A stretch of DNA of 40,222 bases, taken from an uncultured Clostridia bacterium. GTDB lineage: Bacteria > Bacillota > Clostridia > TANB77 > CAG-508. Both the position numbers and the translations under genes were made by a program. The stretch covers positions 1 to 40,222 of the forward strand of contig CALXWN010000001.1 in assembly GCA_944392415.1 (NCBI GenBank), in the 5' to 3' direction. Shown here piece by piece: positions 27,442-34,997 of the stretch. Within the stretch, counting starts at the first letter, position 1; each line of letters opens with the position of its first letter. The notes under the pieces were generated by a model. The model made no database searches. It saw only the letters and a program-made list of their open reading frames with translations, and had not been told where the DNA came from.

Positions 27442-28380
27442 ATGAAAAATGCAATAGATAATTTAATTGACAAAATTAAAGAAAAAAATAATCCAACAGT
27501 AATCGGATTAGACCCGAGATATGAAATGATACCAAAATGCATAACACAAAAATATGAACCAACATTAGAGGGTGCATCAAAAGCAATTATAGAATTTAAT
27601 AAAAGATTAATAGATGCAACTTACGATATAATTCCAGCAGTAAAGCCACAAATAGCATTTTATGAGATGTTTGGAATAGAAGGAATGAAAGCTTTTAAAG
27701 AAACATGTGAATATGCAAAGAAAAAAGGCATGATAGTAATTGCAGACATAAAAAGAGGAGACATAGGTTCAACAGCAGAAGGATACTCAAATGCATTTTT
27801 AGGAAAAACAAAAATAGGAAGCAAAGAAGAAAGAATATTTGATGTAGAATTTGTAACATTAAATCCATATATGGGAATTGACAGTATAAAACCATTTATA
27901 GAAGATTGTAAAAAATACAATAAAGGAATATTTGTATTAATAAAAACATCTAATCCATCATCAGGAGATATACAGGATGTAAAAATGGAAAATGGAGAAG
28001 AGTTATACACAAAAGTTGCAAAACTTGTGGAAAACTGGGGAGAAGAATTAAGAGGAGAGTATGGTTATAGTAGTGTAGGAGGAGTAGTTGGAGCAACATA
28101 TCCAGAACAAATAGAAAGCTTAAGAAAAATAGCTCCGCATACCTTTTTCTTAATACCAGGTTATGGTGCACAAGGTGGAAAAGCAAATGACATAGCTAAA
28201 GCATTTGATAATAATGGAATAGGTGGAATTATAAATAACTCAAGAGGATTAATGTGTGCATATAAATCAGATTTATGGAAAAATAAATATACAGAAGAAG
28301 AATTCGAAAAAGCTACAAGAGCAGAAGCTTTAAGAATGAAAGGAGATTTAACATGCCAGTACAAACATTTGCAAAATTGA
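27442..28380 (+). CDS. pyrF: orotidine 5'-phosphate decarboxylase (long, type 2 form)
   Basis: 312 aa. Motifs VIGLDPR, ADIKRGDIGSTA, GYGAQGG. RBS GGAGG 13 nt upstream. Confidence 0.88.
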   Translation: MKNAIDNLIDKIKEKNNPTVIGLDPRYEMIPKCITQKYEPTLEGASKAIIEFNKRLIDATYDIIPAVKPQIAFYEMFGIEGMKAFKETCEYAKKKGMIVIADIKRGDIGSTAEGYSNAFLGKTKIGSKEERIFDVEFVTLNPYMGIDSIKPFIEDCKKYNKGIFVLIKTSNPSSGDIQDVKMENGEELYTKVAKLVENWGEELRGEYGYSSVGGVVGATYPEQIESLRKIAPHTFFLIPGYGAQGGKANDIAKAFDNNGIGGIINNSRGLMCAYKSDLWKNKYTEEEFEKATRAEALRMKGDLTCQYKHLQN

Positions 28381-29207
28381 TAAAGAAAGAAGAAATAATA
28401 AAAGACATATTTAAATTTAGTGTGGAAGCTGAAGAAATAGTAAAAACTGCGAAACCAGGAAACTTCATTGAAATAAGAGTAAATGACCAGACAGAACCAT
28501 TTTTAAGAAGACCAATAAGTATATACAATATGAATCAAGAAGCGGGAATTTTAGAGTTTATTTTCCAGGTCAAAGGTAATGGAACCAATCTTTTATCAAA
28601 AAAACAGATAGGAGATAAAATAGATATTTTAGGACCATTAGGTAATGGTACTTTCAAATTTGAAAAGTATGATAATATAGCAATAATAGGGGGTGGAATA
28701 GGCATATTTCCACTATATGAATTAGCAAAAGAAGCAAAAGCACAAGGCAAAAAAGTAAATACCTATTTAGGATTTAGAAATAAAGATTTAGTAATGCTTG
28801 AAAAAGAGTTTAAAGAAATATCAGATAAGCTAGTTATAACAACAGATGATGGCTCTTATGCTGAAAAAGGATTTGCGATAGATTACTTAAAGAAAGATAT
28901 GGAAAAAGAAAATACTGCAACAGAAGAAACTAACGCAAAAGAAACACAAGCAGAAGATGAACAAAAATTTAAATATAGTACTTGCATATGCGCATGTGGA
29001 CCACTTCCTATGCTAAAAGCAGTTCAAAAGTATGTAATAGAAAACAATATTAATTGTCAAATATCATTAGAAGAAAAAATGGGATGTGGCTTAGGCGTAT
29101 GTCTAGGATGTGCAGTAAAAAAAGCAAGCAGTCCCAAAGACAATCCAGAATATTTTCATGTGTGCAAAGGAGGTCCAGTATTTAACGCAAAAGATGTAGA
29201 AATTTAA
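28353..29207 (+). CDS. pyrK: dihydroorotate dehydrogenase B electron-transfer subunit
   Basis: RBS AAAGGAG. FAD motif RRPISI, CGPLPM, and a C-terminal 2Fe-2S cysteine cluster CGLGVCLGCAV. Carries an acidic ~25-aa insertion (KENTATEETNAKETQAEDEQK). Overlaps the pyrF end by 28 nt. Confidence 0.85.
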   Translation: MPVQTFAKLIKKEEIIKDIFKFSVEAEEIVKTAKPGNFIEIRVNDQTEPFLRRPISIYNMNQEAGILEFIFQVKGNGTNLLSKKQIGDKIDILGPLGNGTFKFEKYDNIAIIGGGIGIFPLYELAKEAKAQGKKVNTYLGFRNKDLVMLEKEFKEISDKLVITTDDGSYAEKGFAIDYLKKDMEKENTATEETNAKETQAEDEQKFKYSTCICACGPLPMLKAVQKYVIENNINCQISLEEKMGCGLGVCLGCAVKKASSPKDNPEYFHVCKGGPVFNAKDVEI

Positions 29208-29309
29208 GGAGTATGAATAAGAAATTCAAAAAACAAAATAGTGCAAAACTAAAAGCGGTTTATAAGTCAATCCAATAAAAAACTTAAATAGAAAAAGGAG
29301 AGAGTGTCA

Positions 29310-30218
29310 ATGAATACAAAAATAAATTTTGCTGGGATAGAAATGAAAAATCCAGTAACAGTAGCATCTGGAACATTTGGCTATGGTAGAGAATATAGCA
29401 ATTTCTTTGATTTAGGAAAATTAGGAGCAGTTATTACAAAAGGAACTTCACTAAAACCTAAAAGTGGAAATAAACCACCAAGAGTATGTGAAACTGCTAG
29501 TGGAATGCTTAATAGTATAGGCCTTCAAAATCCAGGAGTAGAATATTTTGCTCAAAATGATTTACCGTTTTTAAGAAAATTCGATACAAAAATTATTGTA
29601 AATGCTTGTGGTAGTACAATAGATGAATATGTAGAACTATGTAAAATATTAAATACATTAGACATAGATGGAGTAGAACTTAACTTATCTTGCCCAAATG
29701 TAAAAGCAGGATGTATGGCTTTTGGAAGCTCTTATGAGGGAGTAAAAACCGTAACAAAAGAAGTAAAAAAAGTATTAGATAAACCATTAATTGTAAAACT
29801 AACTCCAAATGTATCAGATATAGCAAGTATTGCAAAAGGTGCTGAAGACGGAGGAGCAGGTGCAGTATCACTAATAAATACACTATTAGCAATGAAAATA
29901 GACATATATAAAAGAAAGCCTGTTTTAGCAAATAACACAGGAGGACTTTCAGGACCAGCCATAAAACCGGTTGCTGTAAGAATGGTATACCAAGTATCAC
30001 AAGCTGTAAAAATTCCAATAATGGGACTTGGCGGAATAATGACAGGAGAAGATGCAATAGAATTTATGCTTGCAGGAGCAAAAGTAGTCTCAATAGGTGC
30101 AGGAAACTTCGCAGACCCATATACAAGCATTAAGGTTATAGAAGGAATTGAAGAATATATGAAAAAGTGCAATGTAGAAAATATTGAAGATATAGTTGGA
30201 AAAGTAGAAATGAATTAG
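29310..30218 (+). CDS. pyrD: dihydroorotate dehydrogenase B catalytic subunit (class 1B)
   Basis: ORF 29304..30218. ATG 29310 is preferred because AAGGAG lies 9 nt upstream, versus 3 nt for GTG 29304. Motifs GTFGYG, NLSCPNV, GGLSGPAIKP, GGI.TGEDA. Confidence 0.9.
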   Translation: MNTKINFAGIEMKNPVTVASGTFGYGREYSNFFDLGKLGAVITKGTSLKPKSGNKPPRVCETASGMLNSIGLQNPGVEYFAQNDLPFLRKFDTKIIVNACGSTIDEYVELCKILNTLDIDGVELNLSCPNVKAGCMAFGSSYEGVKTVTKEVKKVLDKPLIVKLTPNVSDIASIAKGAEDGGAGAVSLINTLLAMKIDIYKRKPVLANNTGGLSGPAIKPVAVRMVYQVSQAVKIPIMGLGGIMTGEDAIEFMLAGAKVVSIGAGNFADPYTSIKVIEGIEEYMKKCNVENIEDIVGKVEMN

Positions 30219-30433
30219 TCATCATATTTATAAACAATACCTTTAGGACTTTTATAATTAATAGGATACATACTACCAGAATGACAATTTTCACAACTAA
30301 ATGTAGGTGGAAAATTTGGTCTACCTAATAATGAGTCTAGCGAATCCACAACTTTTTTAGGTATGTATTCTATATAGCCACAACTTTTACATTTAAACTC
30401 AATTTTATCTAATACTTTGCTCAAAATAATCAC
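30215..30433 (-). CDS. small zinc-ribbon protein (two CxxC pairs), hypothetical
   Basis: CKSCGY...CENCHSG. The start is uncertain: GTG 30433, or TTG 30424, which lies 6 nt after GAGGTG. Its stop overlaps the pyrD stop by 4 nt (convergent). Confidence 0.5.
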   Translation of the reverse strand: MIILSKVLDKIEFKCKSCGYIEYIPKKVVDSLDSLLGRPNFPPTFSCENCHSGSMYPINYKSPKGIVYKYDD

Positions 30434-30632
30434 CTCACGATAAAAATATTATACAATCAAGAGAAAATTTTTGCAACTACCAAAACATTTTATGCTAATG
30501 ATTTCTGGTCAAATTTAGATTAGCATTCTAGTCAACAGTTAAAAGTGATAAATGCAATGGAGAAGAGTGTTATCTTATTGAAAATGCTAATTTAAAACTT
30601 TGGGTAAGCAAAGATATGATAAAAATGCGTGT

Positions 30633-30716
30633 TTTCTAAAAATGTGATAAAATAGCATTAAAATATTTCTGAAAATGTGATAAGACTATCTTGAAATCTT
30701 TCTAAAAATGTGATAA
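30633..30716 (+). repeat. three direct copies of an 18-nt motif at exact 33-bp phasing (iteron/operator-like)
   Basis: TTTCTAAAAATGTGATAA at 30633, TTTCTGAAAATGTGATAA at 30666 and TTTCTAAAAATGTGATAA at 30699. The 15-nt spacers are unrelated. The last copy ends 21 nt before ATG 30738. Degenerate copies lie upstream (GTGATAAA at 30545-30552, AAAATGCTAA at 30581-30590, ATATGATAAAA at 30614-30624). Confidence 0.85.
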
Positions 30717-30737
30717 ATTATTATTAGGAGGTAAAAA

Positions 30738-32075
30738 ATGGAGAGACTTAAAAGAAAAATAGATGAATATCTTATTGAATGGAAAAAAGACGAACATAAA
30801 TTACCACTAATAATAAAAGGGGCTAGACAAATAGGAAAAACAAATGCAATTAGAAATTTTGGAAAAAATAATTATAAAACATATATAGAAATAAACTTTG
30901 CACTACAACCACAATTCAAAACAATTTTTGAAGATGGGTTTGAAGTAGATAATATAATTAAAAATATAACTTTAAAATTACCAGAAATTGAATTGAATGA
31001 AAATAATACATTAATCTTCTTTGACGAAATGCAAGAATGTGTAAGCACGGCTACTTCACTAAAAGCTTTTAAAGAAGATGGAAGATATGATGTAATCTGC
31101 TCTGGTTCATTAATGGGAATTAATTATAAAGAAATTGAATCTAATAGCGTTGGAAATAAAGAAGATTATATTATGAGGTCTTTAGATTTTGAAGAGTTCC
31201 TATGGGCTAAGGGATATAAAACAGAGCAAATAAATGACCTATATAGAAATATGTCAGAATTAAAACCTCTAAGCAATACTCAATATGAAGTAATGATGTC
31301 AAATTTTAAAGATTATATGATAGTAGGAGGAATGCCAGCAATAGTAAGTAGATTTGTGGAAAATAAAAATTTTAGTGGGATATTAAAAATGCAACAACAA
31401 ATTTTACTTGACTATGAAGAAGATATAACAAAATATGCAGGTGGACTAGATAAAACAAAAATATTGAATTGTTATAGAAAAATACCAGTTTTTCTAGGAA
31501 ATGAAAATAAAAAATTCCAAATATCTAAAATAGCAAATGGGGCTAGAAGTAGAGAATATGTTGGAGTTGTTGAATGGCTAGAAAATGCTGGAATAGTAAA
31601 TGTTTCTTATTCAATGGAACAAGCAAGTCTTCCTTTAAAAGGAAACTATAACCCAGACAATTACAGATTGTATTTTGCAGATACAGGACTTTTAATTGGC
31701 TCATTAGACGAAGAAACTCAAGAAGATTTAAGAAATAATGAAAATATGAACACTTATAAAGGGGCTCTATATGAAAATATTGTAGGAGATATGTTGGTAA
31801 AAGCAGGATACCAATTGTACTTTTATAAAGATGATAGCAAGAAAATTGAGATGGATTTTATGATAAGAGATAAACAATCATTAATCCCAGTAGAAGTAAA
31901 GGCAAATGACAATGCAACAATTTCACTTAATAATTTAATAAATAATAATTTGTATAAAGATATTAAGTATGGAATAAAATTATGCAATAAGAATATAGGG
32001 TTTAACGGAAAATTTTATACTTTCCCATATTTCTTAACATTCTTGTTAAAAAGGTTTTTGGAAGAAAAGAAATAA
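30738..32075 (+). CDS. AAA family ATPase with C-terminal DUF4143-type domain
   Basis: RBS AGGAGG. Walker A GARQIGKT, Walker B LIFFDEMQ. The C-terminal EMDFMI...IPVEVKA resembles a PD-(D/E)xK-like core, which is typical of the AAA_14 + DUF4143 architecture. Confidence 0.8.
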   Translation: MERLKRKIDEYLIEWKKDEHKLPLIIKGARQIGKTNAIRNFGKNNYKTYIEINFALQPQFKTIFEDGFEVDNIIKNITLKLPEIELNENNTLIFFDEMQECVSTATSLKAFKEDGRYDVICSGSLMGINYKEIESNSVGNKEDYIMRSLDFEEFLWAKGYKTEQINDLYRNMSELKPLSNTQYEVMMSNFKDYMIVGGMPAIVSRFVENKNFSGILKMQQQILLDYEEDITKYAGGLDKTKILNCYRKIPVFLGNENKKFQISKIANGARSREYVGVVEWLENAGIVNVSYSMEQASLPLKGNYNPDNYRLYFADTGLLIGSLDEETQEDLRNNENMNTYKGALYENIVGDMLVKAGYQLYFYKDDSKKIEMDFMIRDKQSLIPVEVKANDNATISLNNLINNNLYKDIKYGIKLCNKNIGFNGKFYTFPYFLTFLLKRFLEEKK

Positions 32076-32095
32076 ATATAAAAAATAATATAAAT

Positions 32096-32131
32096 AAAAC
32101 ACAGTTCCAATTTAATTGAGAACTGTGTTTT
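32096..32131. terminator. bidirectional intrinsic terminator
   Basis: AAAACACAGTTC-caatttaattga-GAACTGTGTTTT, a 12-bp perfect stem flanked by A-rich sequence to the left and T-rich sequence to the right. Confidence 0.7.
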
Positions 32132-32201
32132 ATTTATTGGTGCCAACGAAGTAGTTATTTACAACCTTTTTGGCTCTCATAACGATTGATACAAATATCA
32201 A

Positions 32202-32229
32202 ATTATATCATATTTTTATCAAATTTCAA
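32202..32229 (-). promoter_or_regulatory. orphan promoter-like element facing the 32096-32131 terminator
   Basis: The minus strand reads TTGAAA-16 nt-TGaTATAAT. The predicted ~100-nt transcript down to the terminator has no ORF with an RBS. Confidence 0.3.
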
Positions 32230-32681
32230 TAAAAAATTTCAGTAAATTTAAAAAAACTATAAGTAACATGAAATGGGCACGAATTTAATCATAATTCATG
32301 CCTGTTTCGTGTGGATTCATGTATAATTGTATCTAAATCCTTCTGAATCACAACCCGAAAGATACACAAACGCAATATTTCGCTCAGTCTCAAAAGCAAA
32401 ATACAGTTTATCGTTAAGCACCTCTGATAAATCGGTAAATACTCATATTTTGCATCCCTGCCCTACGAAACGAGTAGCTAATACATTTGTTCATTCGTTA
32501 AGAGAGTCATTCTTGTGTTTTTTAGCTCAGGTTTGTTATACGACTTTTCAAATCTTCTTTTGTTAAGATTATTAGTTGTAATTCTCCAATATCTACTGAT
32601 TCCTAAAAATATTTTTTTACTTTTAGCTGTCTATAGTCAACCTGTAAAACAGGATAAATTTCTGGTAATATACTATAAAGT

Positions 32682-32710
32682 TTGCAAAATTATGTGAGTA
32701 GTGCTATAAT
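32682..32710 (+). promoter_or_regulatory. promoter with extended -10 for the 128-codon gene
   Basis: TTGCAA(32682-32687)-17 nt-TGcTATAAT(32702-32710). The 5' UTR contains the hairpin TCGCTGC-tata-GTAGCGA (32743-32760). Confidence 0.5.
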
Positions 32711-32795
32711 ATATTACATTAATTGTTTTTTTTCGCTGCTATAGTAGCGATAAAATGATTTGACTAATTAAAATACTTTTAGGAGGTCATTCAAA

Positions 32796-33182
32796 ATGAA
32801 AAGCACAGCGCACACATTCAATGAAGAAAACATCGAGTATTTGAGAGAATACATTGGGAATCAAGAAGTTGATACTTTTCTACGCTTAGAAGTGACTGCT
32901 GAAAATGCAACTCCTGAAGAGAAGAGAATACACGAAACAGTCAAAATGTGCCTGGAACAAATGGAAAAGGATGGCGACAATCGCTGGTGGATTAACAAAG
33001 ACAGGAAAGTTCTTGGTTACTACCAGTTCATGAATCCAATTCTTTTGGTTTCGTTCGAAAAGTTTCATGAAGCTTTTGAGATTTTGGTTGGTCGCTCCGT
33101 GTTTGTAGATGAAATGGCATTAAACTATGATGCGCTAAAGGAAGAGGCTGAAAAAGCTTTTAAAGAGCACACGAAATTTTGA
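32796..33182 (+). CDS. hypothetical soluble protein (128 aa), atypical codon usage
   Basis: ATG 32796, 7 nt after AGGAGG, with its own promoter and terminator. G+C counted at 19/60, 26/60 and 22/60 in three 60-nt lines. I did not recognise a family. Confidence 0.65.
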   Translation: MKSTAHTFNEENIEYLREYIGNQEVDTFLRLEVTAENATPEEKRIHETVKMCLEQMEKDGDNRWWINKDRKVLGYYQFMNPILLVSFEKFHEAFEILVGRSVFVDEMALNYDALKEEAEKAFKEHTKF

Positions 33183-33278
33183 TGAAGATGGTAAAATTTA
33201 CCGAAAAATATTTCAAAAAGTTAGTCAGAATCATAAAAACCTGAAACAGGTGTTGTAGCTATAAAATATAGCTATTCC

Positions 33279-33320
33279 GACAGTCCAGTTTCTAAAAATG
33301 AAACCTGGCTGTCATTTTTT
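33279..33320 (+). terminator. intrinsic terminator of the 128-codon gene
   Basis: GACAGTCCAGTTTC-taaaaat-GAAACCTGGCTGTC (imperfect stem), followed by ATTTTTT. Confidence 0.55.
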
Positions 33321-33337
33321 ATAAATTGCAAGTATAA

Positions 33338-33375
33338 TAAAAAATCAACCAAATTTATTTTCTGGTTGATTTTTT
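33338..33375 (-). terminator. intrinsic terminator downstream of tRNA-Arg
   Basis: AAAAAATCAACCA-aatttattttc-TGGTTGATTTTTT. An 8-bp stem flanked by an A-run and a T-run, so it could work on either strand. It lies 38 nt after the tRNA 3' end. Confidence 0.6.
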
Positions 33376-33412
33376 ATCTATCTATTCAATTTAGTTCGAA
33401 CAGATACGTCAT

Positions 33413-33489
<77 letters not shown>

Positions 33490-33501
33490 ATAACATAATT
33501 A

Positions 33502-33530
33502 ATTATACACACAAAAGAAGAAAAAAGCAA
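33502..33530 (-). promoter_or_regulatory. candidate promoter of tRNA-Arg
   Basis: The minus strand reads TTGCTT-17 nt-TATAAT. The -10 ends 12 nt before the mature 5' end. Confidence 0.45.
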
Positions 33531-33559
33531 GAGTTTGGGTATCCTAAATTAAAAAATTA

Positions 33560-34165
33560 TTATTTAATTACAATCCCAAGCAACTTAGACAAATCTAAAG
33601 CTTGCTCTGTACTCACAATAAGTCCTGTTAATTTATCTTTATCTACAACAATTCCAGAAATATCATCACTTGAAAAATCAATATTATTCAAATTAACATT
33701 GATAAATGAAGAAAGAATCATAGAAGAATCTTTTACAGAAAAGCGAGAAAGCCTGCAATCATCAAAGTTAGTATTTCTAACAGATGATTCAATAATAGAA
33801 AAATCTTTTAAGCTTGAACTATTAAAGTTAGCATAATCTAATATACAGCTTTCAAAACTGCAAGATAGAAAGCTAGATTCAAGCAATGAACAACCAAGTA
33901 ACTTGCAATTTTTAAATTTCACTTTTACAAAAGAAGTATTATCAAATTTACAATTAGATAAATCAGTATTTTCAAATACACAATTCGTAAAAGAAAAAGA
34001 TTCTAAATTACTCATAACAAAAGAAGATTTAAGAAAAGTACAATTTTTAAACTCTATTTCATTTGAATTATCAATAATTCCGTTAATAGAGTCGAAAGTA
34101 CAATTCTTAATATCTTCTTCATTCTTTATATAATCATTTATAAAATTAATATCTAAATTTTCCAT
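33560..34165 (-). CDS. pentapeptide-repeat protein, Qnr/MfpA-like
   Basis: 201 aa made almost entirely of A(D/N)LXX-type pentads (NCTFLKSSFVMSNLESFSFTNCVFENTDLSNCKFDNTSFVKVKFKNCKLLGCSLLESSFLSC...). The C-terminal tail LTGLIVSTEQALDLSKLLGIVIK resembles the Qnr dimerisation tail, going by my recollection of QnrB. Confidence 0.7.
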   Translation of the reverse strand: MENLDINFINDYIKNEEDIKNCTFDSINGIIDNSNEIEFKNCTFLKSSFVMSNLESFSFTNCVFENTDLSNCKFDNTSFVKVKFKNCKLLGCSLLESSFLSCSFESCILDYANFNSSSLKDFSIIESSVRNTNFDDCRLSRFSVKDSSMILSSFINVNLNNIDFSSDDISGIVVDKDKLTGLIVSTEQALDLSKLLGIVIK

Positions 34166-34288
34166 AAGAAAATTATAATCATATTCAGCAAAAATTTCAA
34201 CTTAAATTTAATTTATATTATTAAAATTCAAAAGAAAAAACGAGACATTTTACTAAAAAATCATATTTTTATAATATTAAAATAAATA

Positions 34289-34573
34289 TTATTCTTCAAA
34301 ATCTATAGCTTCTCTTTTTTCTCTTATTGATTTACAAAAGTTAGATACTTTTACGTGCTCAGGATTTTCCTTATATGCTTTTAAATCATCTAAATTATCA
34401 AATTCAGAAATTAAAACAGCATTAAATTCACTATTTTTATTTAAATTTACTCCAACTTGCATACTTCTTATAACATCAATTTTATCTTTTAAACTCATTA
34501 AATCAGATAAAAATTTATTCATTTCTTCTTCATGTCCTTCTTTGAATTTCCACATTACAATATGTTTAATCAT
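34289..34573 (-). CDS. Dabb family (stress-responsive A/B barrel) protein
   Basis: ORF 34289..34582 (GTG). ATG 34573 is preferred. MIKHIVMWKFKEGHEEE...FNAVLISEFDNLDDLKAYKENPEHVKV matches the Dabb pattern. Confidence 0.75.
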   Translation of the reverse strand: MIKHIVMWKFKEGHEEEMNKFLSDLMSLKDKIDVIRSMQVGVNLNKNSEFNAVLISEFDNLDDLKAYKENPEHVKVSNFCKSIREKREAIDFEE

Positions 34574-34637
34574 ATAAATCACAACCTTTCAATTGCAATA
34601 TATCATAAAGAATCAGAAAAATCAATTAAAGCTTTAA

Positions 34638-34666
34638 TTGATGATAAAAATGTGATACTATATAAT
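34638..34666 (+). promoter_or_regulatory. candidate promoter; its spacer carries the 13-mer shared with the 30.6-kb repeats
   Basis: TTGATG(34638-34643)-17 nt-TATAAT(34661-34666). The spacer contains TAAAAATGTGATA (34645-34657). The 22-bp palindrome at 34621-34642 abuts the -35. Confidence 0.4.
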
Positions 34667-34722
34667 AGCTAAATAAAATTTTGTTGAAAAAATACTTAAA
34701 ACTATAAAATAAGAGGTATAGT

Positions 34723-34944
34723 ATGAGTATAGAGTCAGAAGTGTTTAAAAAATTAAAATTAAATAAAGAAAAATTAATACCATTTGGTTTTAAAAAAGAA
34801 GAAAATAGATATACATATTCTGAAAAATTTATGGACGGAACTTTTAGAGCAGATATATACATAAGCGAAAATGGAGAAGTTACAGGAAAAGTTTACGATT
34901 TAGAAATAGATGATGAATATACACTAAATTTAATGCTATGGTAA
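34723..34944 (+). pseudogene. 5' fragment of an MmcQ/YjbR-family (long-form) gene, truncated after ~70 codons
   Basis: MSIESEVFKKLKLNKEKLIPFGFKKEENRYTYSEKFMDGTFRADIYISENGEVTGKVYDLEIDDEYTLNL matches my recollection of the N-terminal extension of ~200-aa clostridial MmcQ/YjbR proteins. The ORF then ends (MLW*) and no frame continues the family. Confidence 0.4.
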
Positions 34945-34997
34945 AAAGTGTAGAAGAAAAAGGAGGATTTTAGGTAGGTAGATATGAAACAAGCAAT

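Noticed and set aside
29213-29278. 21-codon ORF (MNKKFKKQNSAKLKAVYKSIQ) between pyrK and pyrD.
   Set aside because: The AAGGAG is only 1 nt from its ATG, and the sequence is lysine-rich and low-complexity. It is most likely non-coding spacer.
32137-32146. ATTGGTGC shared between 32138-32145 and the 3' end of tRNA-Arg (33411-33418), considered as a possible att-site direct repeat delimiting an island.
   Set aside because: It is only an 8-nt match. The native tRNA terminator (33338-33375) lies between the tRNA and the putative island, and there is no integrase.
32327-32566. 79-codon plus-strand ORF in the ORF-poor stretch.
   Set aside because: No SD sequence, a non-protein-like sequence, and no motif. 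I treat the region as non-coding or decayed (see finding).
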